Positions 28,459 through 36,692 of a DNA stretch of 64,000 nucleotides are shown here, one piece after another. Every line of letters begins with the position of its first letter. Positions within the stretch are counted from its first letter, which is position 1. Source of the stretch: Eubacteriales bacterium (lineage in GTDB: Bacteria > Bacillota > Clostridia > Oscillospirales > CAG-272); contig JAZQGR010000066.1 in the NCBI GenBank assembly GCA_045540115.1, positions 12,354 to 76,353 on the forward strand. The letters run 5' to 3'. Position numbers and translations under genes: made by a program. A model generated the notes under the pieces. The model did no database searches, was not told the DNA's origin, and saw only the letters and a program-made list of their open reading frames with translations.

Positions 28459-29946
28459 ATGGGCAACCTGAAAAACTTTGGCTTCAAGCACAAGGCGGGC
28501 ATACTTATGCCGATAAGCTCACTTCCGAATAAATACGGAATCGGCTCCTTCGGCTTCGAAGCGTACAAATTCATCGATTTTCTCACCGAAACAGGTCACA
28601 AATGCTGGCAGGTGCTTCCGCTAAACCCGACCTCGTACGGCGATAGCCCCTATCAGTCGCCCGCGTCGGGCGCGGGAAACCCGTATTTTATCGATCTTGA
28701 AACGCTTTTTTCAAAAGGGCTTTTGACAAAGGATGAGCTTTCGGATCAGAAAAACTCCGACAAAAAGGTCAATTACGGTTGGCTGTTTGAAAATCGCTAT
28801 AAGGCGCTCAGATCGGCATTTTCCCGCTTCGAGCCGAACGCTGATTACCGCGCGTTTTTGCGCAAAAGCGCCGATTGGGTAGAGAGCTACGCGCTCTTTA
28901 TGGCGCTGAAGGTCAAAAACAATTATGCCTCGTGGACTAATTGGGAGGAAAACGAGCGCGATTACAGATCCGCGCTTGAAAACGCCGCGCTTTACGAGGG
29001 CGAAATGGCGTTCTGGAGATGGGTGCAGTACGAATTTGACTCTCAGTGGCAGGCCTTACGTGCCTACGCAAGAAAAAACGGCGTGAAGATTATCGGCGAT
29101 ATGCCGATATACGTCGCGCACGACAGCGTCGACGTCTGGGCGTCAAGAGAGCAGTTTTTGCTCGACGAGAATTATAACCCGACGCTCGTAGCGGGAGTTC
29201 CGCCCGATGCCTTCTCCGAGAGCGGTCAGCTCTGGGGAAATCCCATTTATAATTGGGAGAAAATGAAAAACGAGGGCTTTACGTGGTGGCTTGACCGTAT
29301 CGGCAGAGCCTTTAAGCTCTACGATATCGTCCGGATCGACCATTTCCGCGGCTTCGCGGGCTATTATACGATCCCGTTCGGCGACGAAACGGCGGTGAAC
29401 GGATGGTGGAACGATGCGCCCGGACAGGAGCTTTTCGATGCGGTGAACGAGAGATTTCCGAACGCAAAGATAATCGCGGAGGACCTCGGCGTAATAACCG
29501 ATGACGTAAAAAAGCTTCTTAACGATAACGGTTTCCCCGGAATGAAGATGCTCCCGTTCGCCTTCTTCGACGAGAACAGCGACTATATCCCGCGCAATTA
29601 TAAGACCGATAACTGCGTCGTTTATACCTCGTCGCACGACAGCGACTGCGCAAGAAGCTGGGTGAATAACCTCCCGAAATACGCGGCGGCGATCTTTAAC
29701 CGTGAGCGAAAAAGGATCAAGGGCGAAAGTAACGTTTACAGCGTGATACGACTTGCCTTTGAAAGCAAGGCGAACCTCGCCGTCGTTCAGATGCAGGATT
29801 ATCTATGCCTGAATAACGAGGAAGGGCGAATGAATATGCCCTCCACCGCCTCGGGTAACTGGGGCTGGCGAATGTCGCCGCGATATAATACGAAAGCGCT
29901 CCGCGAAAAGGTGTCGGCAATGACGAAGGAGACGAAGAGAAGATAA
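28459..29946 (+). CDS. malQ: 4-alpha-glucanotransferase (amylomaltase, GH77)
   Basis: GILMPISSLP, WQVLPLNP, GDMPIYV, GQLWGNP, RIDHFRG, AEDLG. Confidence 0.96.
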   Translation: MGNLKNFGFKHKAGILMPISSLPNKYGIGSFGFEAYKFIDFLTETGHKCWQVLPLNPTSYGDSPYQSPASGAGNPYFIDLETLFSKGLLTKDELSDQKNSDKKVNYGWLFENRYKALRSAFSRFEPNADYRAFLRKSADWVESYALFMALKVKNNYASWTNWEENERDYRSALENAALYEGEMAFWRWVQYEFDSQWQALRAYARKNGVKIIGDMPIYVAHDSVDVWASREQFLLDENYNPTLVAGVPPDAFSESGQLWGNPIYNWEKMKNEGFTWWLDRIGRAFKLYDIVRIDHFRGFAGYYTIPFGDETAVNGWWNDAPGQELFDAVNERFPNAKIIAEDLGVITDDVKKLLNDNGFPGMKMLPFAFFDENSDYIPRNYKTDNCVVYTSSHDSDCARSWVNNLPKYAAAIFNRERKRIKGESNVYSVIRLAFESKANLAVVQMQDYLCLNNEEGRMNMPSTASGNWGWRMSPRYNTKALREKVSAMTKETKRR

Positions 29947-29958
29947 AAAACAGATGGT

Positions 29959-30174
29959 GAAATATTGCTATCGCAATATGATATATGCCCTTTGGGCATA
30001 TTATTGTAAAAAATGATCCGTTGCATTTAGCAACGGATCATTTTTATTCCTTAATATTTTCGAAGAAAATATTTCATAGGCGAAGCCTATTTCATACGAC
30101 GAAGTCGTATTTCACCAATTTGCGAAGCAAATTGATTTCATTGCAGGTTGAGCTTAGGGATAAGCTCAACCTGC
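29959..30174. repeat. Chain of hairpins, four with C-GAA-G loops, punctuated by ATTTCA
   Basis: See finding; stems read directly from the sequence. Confidence 0.8.
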
Positions 30175-30190
30175 TAACGGGTGCTTTTTG

Positions 30191-31099
30191 TTATCTCTCT
30201 AAAATTCTCTTTATAAGATCGGTCATGAGGTTATCTCTGTCGATGAAGAAGGCGTAGCGGAAATCGGGGCCGTCCGCTTCCTCATAAATGCCGTCATAAT
30301 TCGGTATATGGAGCTTTTCAAGGCGGGTGAGCATAAAGCGTTCGTTCTCGTTCATCAGCCAAGCGACGGCGGTAACGTCCCAGATGCAACGCGTCCAAGC
30401 GGTGCCGGAGGCATATTTTTCTGCTGCCTCAATCGTGTGCTCGGCAAGGTAGTTGGCGATCTTGCTCTTGTCCTTGAGCCAATATTCGAGCTCGGGGCGG
30501 GAGATCGTGAAGCTGCTGACGACTCCGTGGCAGGGAAGAAGCACAAGCGGAACTCCGCTTCCCATAACGACTCTTGCCGCAGCGATGTCCTGATTCATAT
30601 TGAACTCGCGGGTATGCGTAAAGTGGAGGGCGTGTCCGCCGAGCCATACGACAACGCAGTTTTCGGCGATTTCGGGGTTGAGAAGGATCGCCGATGCCAC
30701 GTTCGTTATCGCGCCGATCGCGACAACGTAAAGCGGATTTTCGGGGGAGTAGTTCTTCGCGCGGGCAGCGAGATCCTTCGCCGCATCGGAGATGACAGGC
30801 GTCTTTTCGTCGGGCAAATAACGGTCAGAGCCGCGGTAAACGTCGCATTTCTCATTCATAAAATCGAGGAGCTTCATTATTTCGTGATAGCTCTTCTCCA
30901 TTCCGTCGGCGGCGCTGACGGAATTTGAATTGTGGAAGGGCGCGGCGTAGAGCGCCTTGGTGTTCAATTTTTCCTTGCAGGAAAGAAGATAGGTGATAGC
31001 GAACTGGTCGTCTATCTCGTTATACGCATCGGTGTCGAGGACAACGTCAATGGGACCCGTCGGAACCGACAGGTTTTTGATTCTCTGCTCGTTTGTCAT
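30191..31099 (-). CDS. Nucleoside hydrolase (IU-NH family)
   Basis: DTDAYNEIDD, IGAITNVA, WLGG, EFN, IWD motifs. Confidence 0.92.
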   Translation of the reverse strand: MTNEQRIKNLSVPTGPIDVVLDTDAYNEIDDQFAITYLLSCKEKLNTKALYAAPFHNSNSVSAADGMEKSYHEIMKLLDFMNEKCDVYRGSDRYLPDEKTPVISDAAKDLAARAKNYSPENPLYVVAIGAITNVASAILLNPEIAENCVVVWLGGHALHFTHTREFNMNQDIAAARVVMGSGVPLVLLPCHGVVSSFTISRPELEYWLKDKSKIANYLAEHTIEAAEKYASGTAWTRCIWDVTAVAWLMNENERFMLTRLEKLHIPNYDGIYEEADGPDFRYAFFIDRDNLMTDLIKRILER

Positions 31100-32334
31100 A
31101 TAAATTTCTCCTTTTTATGTCTGTATTGAAGCGGCGTATCGCCGAATTTTTCCTTGAAGATCGCGCGGAAGAAGCTTCCGTTTTCGTAACCGACTGCGGT
31201 TATTACGTCCTTGACTGACATATCGCTGCGGAGCAGGTAATCTGCCGCCATCCGGCATCTTGCGTCCTGAAGAAGCTCGGAAAAAGACTTGCCTGTCGTC
31301 TTTTTGACAAGGGCGCCCGTGTAGATCACGGAATAGCTGAGAATTGACGCAAGCTCGGAAAGAGAGGCGTTTTTAACGTTGCTCTCGATATATTCCATGA
31401 TCTGTTTGCGGATCAGCTCGCTTTTTCTGTCGGCTTCTCCGCTTTTGAGGGAGCCGAGCTTAAAAAGAACCTCGTCCTTGATCGGTATCGACGGCGCGGC
31501 GCCCATTTTTGAGACGGTGATTGCCGCCGCCGCACTTGCAAGCTTGAGGTTTTGAGCGATGTCGATACCGCTATGAATGCCGGCGACGAAGTAGCCCGTG
31601 AAGGTGTCGCCTGCCGCAGTAGTGTCGACAACGTCGGTTTTGAAGGCGTATTGACGGTAGCGCGTGCCGTTATCAAGATAAATACAGCCCTTTGAGCCGA
31701 GCGTGAGAATGACCTTCAGAGATGGATAATTGGCTTCAAAGTAGGAAAGCGAAGCCTCGGGATCGTCGCTACCTGAAAATTCCGCCGCCTCAACCTCGTT
31801 GAGAAGCACGTAGGAGAGCTTGGAAAGATCGAGTCTTTTGATCTCGTCGGTGAAGGGAGAGGGGTTGAACACGATGCGCATTTTCTTTTCGTATGCGCGG
31901 TCGATAATGTACGGCACCGAGCTTATCTCGTTCTGAAGAAGTATAATATCGCCCTCGGAAAAGTCGGTAAGCACCGAGTCGACAAAGTCCTCAGTCACCA
32001 TTTCGTTTGATCCCCCGTAAAGGAAGATCGAATTTTCACCCTTGCTCGATACCTGAATGATGGCATGACCGTTTTTGCCCTCGACTGTCTTGATATAGGA
32101 GAGGTCAACGCCGCTTTTTTCAAGCAGATCGGTCAGCATTTTGCCGTCCTCGCCGATACAGCCCGCGTGGTATACCTTTGCGCCTGCGCGTGCGATGGCA
32201 ATTGATTGATTAAGACCTTTACCGCCCTCAAAGGTCTCGAGCTTGTAGGTCGAGAGCGTCTCTCCAACGCGGACGATGTGGTCCATAGAGTAAACGTAGT
32301 CAATATTGCAGGATCCGAAATTCAGAATTTTCAT
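31096..32334 (-). CDS. rbsK: Ribokinase (PfkB) fused to a C-terminal AraC-type HTH domain
   Basis: GSCNID, GGKGLNQ, NPSP, NEVEA, DTTAAGDTF; then IMEYIESN..VGYENGSFFRAIFKEKFGDTPLQYR. Confidence 0.9.
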   Translation of the reverse strand: MKILNFGSCNIDYVYSMDHIVRVGETLSTYKLETFEGGKGLNQSIAIARAGAKVYHAGCIGEDGKMLTDLLEKSGVDLSYIKTVEGKNGHAIIQVSSKGENSIFLYGGSNEMVTEDFVDSVLTDFSEGDIILLQNEISSVPYIIDRAYEKKMRIVFNPSPFTDEIKRLDLSKLSYVLLNEVEAAEFSGSDDPEASLSYFEANYPSLKVILTLGSKGCIYLDNGTRYRQYAFKTDVVDTTAAGDTFTGYFVAGIHSGIDIAQNLKLASAAAAITVSKMGAAPSIPIKDEVLFKLGSLKSGEADRKSELIRKQIMEYIESNVKNASLSELASILSYSVIYTGALVKKTTGKSFSELLQDARCRMAADYLLRSDMSVKDVITAVGYENGSFFRAIFKEKFGDTPLQYRHKKEKFI

Positions 32335-32504
32335 CGACTATACCTCCGTTGATTTCATTATAACACGCTTTTCGTCTCTTAACAAGGTCTTTTTGCAACC
32401 AAAAAGAGACGAAATGCAAGAATTTTATGCGCGCGTCCTTGTCTGGGCTCGATATATTGCCGCTGCGACAATTTTAAAATATTCCAAAATAAATATCTGT
32501 AAAC

Positions 32505-32563
32505 TTGTTGACAATTCAACAGGTCTGTGTTATAATTTTCCCGGCTTGTTGAAAAATCAACAA
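32505..32563 (+). promoter_or_regulatory. Consensus sigma-A promoter overlapped by two TGTTGA-N4-TCAACA inverted repeats (putative MarR operators)
   Basis: TTGACA 32508-13, 17 nt, TATAAT 32531-36; palindromes at 32506-32521 and 32546-32563. Confidence 0.85.
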
Positions 32564-32578
32564 TTACAGGGAGCAGAA

Positions 32579-33979
32579 ATGAAAGAAAGATTTGAAACCT
32601 TTTCGGTGCTGATAAACCGCATAAGACGAAATATGCGCAGAATAAAGATTCGCGAAATGGAAGAATACGGACTCCGAAGCGCGCACATGTCCTGCCTATA
32701 CCTCCTCTACTCTGAGGATAACCTTACCGCAACCGAGCTTTGCGAGCGTTGCGAGGAGGATAAGGCGACGGTATCGCGTGCGATCGAGCATCTCGAAGAG
32801 AACGGCTTCATTACCTGCAAATCCCGAAAGGCAAAAAGATATAAGTGCCCCATCGCCCTTACGAAAATGGGCAAAAAGGTCGGAAAACAGATCGCAGAAA
32901 AGCTTGACCGTGTTATCGATCAGATGTGCGAAGGTCTTTCCGAAGACGAGCGGGACACGTTCTACCGCGCCCTTTCCAAGGTCAGCGACAATCTTCAGTC
33001 AATTGCCGATACAAGTTTAACAAGAGGTAATGAAATGTCAACTAACGAAAATGAAACTAAAAACGGAATTATTCCGATATTCTTCTCCACCGACGATAAC
33101 TACATACCCTTCCTCGACGTAGCGATCCGTTCCCTGATAAAAAACGCGTCGAAGGAATACTCCTACAAATTGATCGTTCTCAACACGGGACTCAATCCCG
33201 AAAACGTCGCAAAGGTGATGCAGAACGTTCAGCCCGGATTTATTGACATTGAATTTGTTGACATCTCGGAGCAGCTTGAGGATATCAAGGCAAAGCTCAA
33301 AGATGTATACCATTTCTCGATAGTTACCTATTACCGTCTTTTTATCGCGTCCCTTTTCCCTCAGTACGATAAGGCGCTTTACCTTGACTGCGACCTCGTC
33401 GTTACCGGCGACATCTCGGAGCTTTACAGCTTCGAGCTTGACGACAACATCCTCGGCGCTTGTCCCGAGGAGTTTGTGCAGAATACTCCCGAGTTCCGCC
33501 TCTACGCGAAGATGGCGCTCGGCGTTGATCCGGATACCTACGTAAACGCGGGCGTTCTCGTTATGAATCTCGCTCAGTTCAGAAAGAACAAGATCGAAAA
33601 GAAGTTCATCAAGCTTATTACCAAATACGATTTCGATCTTCTCGATCCCGATCAAGCATATCTTAACTACCTCTGCCGCGACAAGATCCTTGTTCTCCCG
33701 AACGGTTGGAATAAGGAGCCCTTCGATATTCCCTGTGAGGGAAACAAAAACATCGTTCACTACGCCCTTTACAAGAAGCCATGGCAGTACGAGGATACTC
33801 CCGACGGTGAATACTTCTGGGAATATGCGAAAGACTCCTCCTTCTACGATGTAATCCTCGAAAGAAAAGCAGCCTTTACCGATGAAGAAAAAGCGGCAAA
33901 GGAAGAGGCGGGAAGTGAGATCCTTGAGCACGCGCTCAAGATCGTCGAATCTGACGAAACGTTTTTGAAGAAGCTTTGA
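32579..33979 (+). CDS. MarR-family HTH fused in frame to a GT8 glycosyltransferase (internal start at 33035 possible)
   Basis: TATELCERCEEDKATVSRAIEHLEENG winged HTH; GT8 motifs YYRLFI, YLDCD, NAGVLVMN, DQAYLN, HYA..KPW; no stop between the domains. Confidence 0.85.
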   Translation: MKERFETFSVLINRIRRNMRRIKIREMEEYGLRSAHMSCLYLLYSEDNLTATELCERCEEDKATVSRAIEHLEENGFITCKSRKAKRYKCPIALTKMGKKVGKQIAEKLDRVIDQMCEGLSEDERDTFYRALSKVSDNLQSIADTSLTRGNEMSTNENETKNGIIPIFFSTDDNYIPFLDVAIRSLIKNASKEYSYKLIVLNTGLNPENVAKVMQNVQPGFIDIEFVDISEQLEDIKAKLKDVYHFSIVTYYRLFIASLFPQYDKALYLDCDLVVTGDISELYSFELDDNILGACPEEFVQNTPEFRLYAKMALGVDPDTYVNAGVLVMNLAQFRKNKIEKKFIKLITKYDFDLLDPDQAYLNYLCRDKILVLPNGWNKEPFDIPCEGNKNIVHYALYKKPWQYEDTPDGEYFWEYAKDSSFYDVILERKAAFTDEEKAAKEEAGSEILEHALKIVESDETFLKKL

Positions 33980-33988
33980 GGTGAATAA

Positions 33989-34819
33989 GTGGAAAAGTCA
34001 GAACATAAGTTAGAGCTGCTTCGCCGAATCGCCGAGCTTGAAAAAAAGGAGCTCTGGCACCTCGACGTCGAGGACGATCCCGAGACCTACCCCCTCATGC
34101 CCGATCAGATCGATTACCTCAATGAAAAGCTTATAAATAAGATAAAGAATAAAATTGCAAACAAGGCGGGCTCGAAGTTCTTCGACAAGATGATTGCAGA
34201 CGGTCAACTCGTTATAAAGGAAGTCAAGGGAATCGAGAATTTTACTGCCGTTGAGGGCGGTAAGCTCGTAACCTGTAACCATTTCAGCGTCGGTGACAAC
34301 TACGCGGTATGGGTCGCGCTCCGCGACTATATGGGCGGAAAGCTTCTTTACAAGGTTATTCGCGAGGGTAATTACACGAACCCTCCGAAGCCCTTTGGAC
34401 TATTCATGCGCCACTGTAACACCCTTCCCCTCTCAAGCCAGCTTTCGACGATGAAGAAGTTCTCGAAGGCGGTAAAGGTTCTTCTTTCGCGCGGCGAAAC
34501 GATACTCATTTATCCCGAGCAGTCGATGTGGTGGAATTATCGCAAGCCCAAGCCGATGCAGGACGGCGCGTTCGCGCTCGCGGTCCGCAACAATACGCCG
34601 ATCGTTCCGATATTTATCACGATGACCGACAGCGAAACCATCGACGGCGACGGTTTCCCAGTTCAGGAATACACGATCAACATTCTCCCTGCGATCTATC
34701 CCGACAAGTCGCTCCCGTCAGGCGAGCGCAAGGATAAGATGAAGCGCGAGAATTACGAGGCGTGGGTAAAGGTCTACGAGGAGTTTTACCAAAAGCCCCT
34801 CGTTTACGGTGAAGAATAA
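33989..34819 (+). CDS. Lysophospholipid acyltransferase (PlsC-like)
   Basis: CNHFSVGD (HX4D), IYPEQ, PIVPIFI. Confidence 0.88.
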   Translation: MEKSEHKLELLRRIAELEKKELWHLDVEDDPETYPLMPDQIDYLNEKLINKIKNKIANKAGSKFFDKMIADGQLVIKEVKGIENFTAVEGGKLVTCNHFSVGDNYAVWVALRDYMGGKLLYKVIREGNYTNPPKPFGLFMRHCNTLPLSSQLSTMKKFSKAVKVLLSRGETILIYPEQSMWWNYRKPKPMQDGAFALAVRNNTPIVPIFITMTDSETIDGDGFPVQEYTINILPAIYPDKSLPSGERKDKMKRENYEAWVKVYEEFYQKPLVYGEE

Positions 34820-35400
34820 TGGTGCTGTATTTTTCCGTTATCGGTATCGCGATGGCGATAATCTTGGTTGTCAACATCGCTTGTCAGACAGCAGCCTGGT
34901 ACTATATCGTTATTGCGACGGTCTGGTGTACCGCTCTGCAGTTCGCAATTGACATTTCGATCGCAGGAATCATCAAATTGATGCCTGACGGATGGTTCGG
35001 TGTTGATAATCCTCATTACCTCGTGACCGACCGCGAAAAAAGATTTTACGGAAAGCTCAAGGTTCGGTATTGGAAGGACTATGTATGGGAGCTCGGCGGA
35101 ATCGGCGGCTTCAGCAAAAAGGTCTTGAAGGAGCCCGATAATCCCAAATACATCGAAAAATTTATCATCGAGTGCAACAAGGGCGTCCTTACCCACCGTC
35201 TTTCCTACCCTGCAGGATTTCTTGCGATGCTGACGCTTCCCAATATCTGCTCGCTTACTATTGCGCTTCCCGTTTCCGTCGTTAATCTCTTTTTAAATAT
35301 ACTTCCGACGCTTGCGCTTCGCTACAATACCCCGATGCTCAAGGCGGTGCTTGCGAGAATGAGAAAAAAGGAAGCAAGAGAAAAAAACACAGTAATTTAA
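34819..35400 (+). CDS. CrtO-like (glycosyl-diaponeurosporenoate acyltransferase family) membrane protein
   Basis: LKVRYWKD..G..FSKK..YIEKFIIEC..H..N..LRYN pattern recalled for the CrtO family. Confidence 0.6.
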   Translation: MVLYFSVIGIAMAIILVVNIACQTAAWYYIVIATVWCTALQFAIDISIAGIIKLMPDGWFGVDNPHYLVTDREKRFYGKLKVRYWKDYVWELGGIGGFSKKVLKEPDNPKYIEKFIIECNKGVLTHRLSYPAGFLAMLTLPNICSLTIALPVSVVNLFLNILPTLALRYNTPMLKAVLARMRKKEAREKNTVI

Positions 35401-35422
35401 GCCACCCGTTCGGGTGGCTTTT
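35399..35422 (+). terminator. Intrinsic terminator
   Basis: AAGCCACCC-GTTC-GGGTGGCTTTT. Confidence 0.85.
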
Positions 35423-35527
35423 CGTTTTTGGGAAAGCTGACGACGTTCCCCGTTTCATCGGTAGGGGAGGGGCAACCCCGAACCCGCGCGATGTAGCAAA
35501 TTCAAGCAACGAATTTCGGCAAAGTAA

Positions 35528-35555
35528 TTGACTTTTAGCCTTGTTATGTTATAAT
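35528..35555 (+). promoter_or_regulatory. Sigma-A promoter
   Basis: TTGACT-16nt-TATAAT with TG extension. Confidence 0.65.
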
Positions 35556-35621
35556 TAAATTGACGCAGATCATACCACACAAAACATAATAGCAAGCAAG
35601 ATTGATTGAGGAGTAATCAAT

Positions 35622-36692
35622 ATGAACACGCATATTTTTTCGGGATATTTCGGACACGGAAGCTGTCACTGTCAGGGAATCGCCGTTGACAAAAAGAACG
35701 GTTACATCTACTATTCCTTCACGACAAAGCTCGTAAAGGGCGATCTTGACGGCAATGTCATCGGCTCGGTCGATAAGATAGTCGGACACCTCGGATGTAT
35801 TGATTTCAACGAGCATGACGGCAAGCTCTACGCTTCCCTCGAATACAAAAACGACGAGATTGGACGCGGGATCCTGAAGTCGATCGGCGTGAGCGACGAC
35901 AGCCTTGAGGACGCGTTCTATATCGCGATCTTTGACGTCGACAAAATCGACAGAATGGGCATGGACGCCGAGACCGACGGCATCATGAGAACCGTTTATC
36001 TGAAAACCGTCGTTGACGACTACAACGGCGTAGCAAAAAACGGAGCGCCTCACGTTCACGGCTGCTCGGGCATTGACGGAACGACTATCGGTCCGGACTT
36101 CGGAGATAAAAACGGCAAGCACTATCTTCACGTTTGCTATGGAGTTTACTCCGATCATTCCCGCACCGACAACGATTATCAGGTCGTCTGTCAGTATGAC
36201 ATCGACCAATGGTGGGATAATTACGCAAAGCCGCTCAACCAGCACGCGATGCACCGCAGCGGCCCCGGAAACCCGAGAAACAAGTACTTCTTCTATACGG
36301 GAAACACGACCTACGGTGTGCAGAATTTCGAGTATGACGAATTTACGGGCGACTATTTCGCCTGCGTTTACGAGGGAACGAAGCCGATCTTCCCGAATTA
36401 CCCGATGTTCGTCGTTGACGGAAGCGTTCCTGCCGCAAAAAAGGAGCTTGTCGGCTGCGACGGCGAAAAAGGACTCGTTCTTTCCCTCAAAAACACAGGA
36501 GAATGTGAAAACGGGATCTTCGGCGTTAAATTCCCACACGGAAGCACAGGTCTCTGCTCGCTCGGTGACGGAAGATTTTATATTTCGCATCATACCTATT
36601 CAAAGGAAGACGGACACGCTACAAACGCTTATCTCTACCGTTTGACAAACGAAAACGGAATTTTGGAATTTTTAAAGGTGGATCAAGAATGA
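35622..36692 (+). CDS. Conserved hypothetical protein, probable beta-propeller
   Basis: GAGGAG RBS; HCQGIAVD, GHLGCIDF, GCSGIDG, GVQNFEYD blade-like motifs. Confidence 0.75.
   Translation: MNTHIFSGYFGHGSCHCQGIAVDKKNGYIYYSFTTKLVKGDLDGNVIGSVDKIVGHLGCIDFNEHDGKLYASLEYKNDEIGRGILKSIGVSDDSLEDAFYIAIFDVDKIDRMGMDAETDGIMRTVYLKTVVDDYNGVAKNGAPHVHGCSGIDGTTIGPDFGDKNGKHYLHVCYGVYSDHSRTDNDYQVVCQYDIDQWWDNYAKPLNQHAMHRSGPGNPRNKYFFYTGNTTYGVQNFEYDEFTGDYFACVYEGTKPIFPNYPMFVVDGSVPAAKKELVGCDGEKGLVLSLKNTGECENGIFGVKFPHGSTGLCSLGDGRFYISHHTYSKEDGHATNAYLYRLTNENGILEFLKVDQE

Noticed and set aside
32306-32578. N-terminal 91 codons of ORF 32306..33979
   Set aside because: Overlaps the divergent gene start and the promoter/operators; the RBS supports ATG 32579
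35461-35486. GTAGGGGAGGGGCAACCCCG.. as an intact REP
   Set aside because: Starts like a GTAG-REP but the stem is degenerate; at most a remnant
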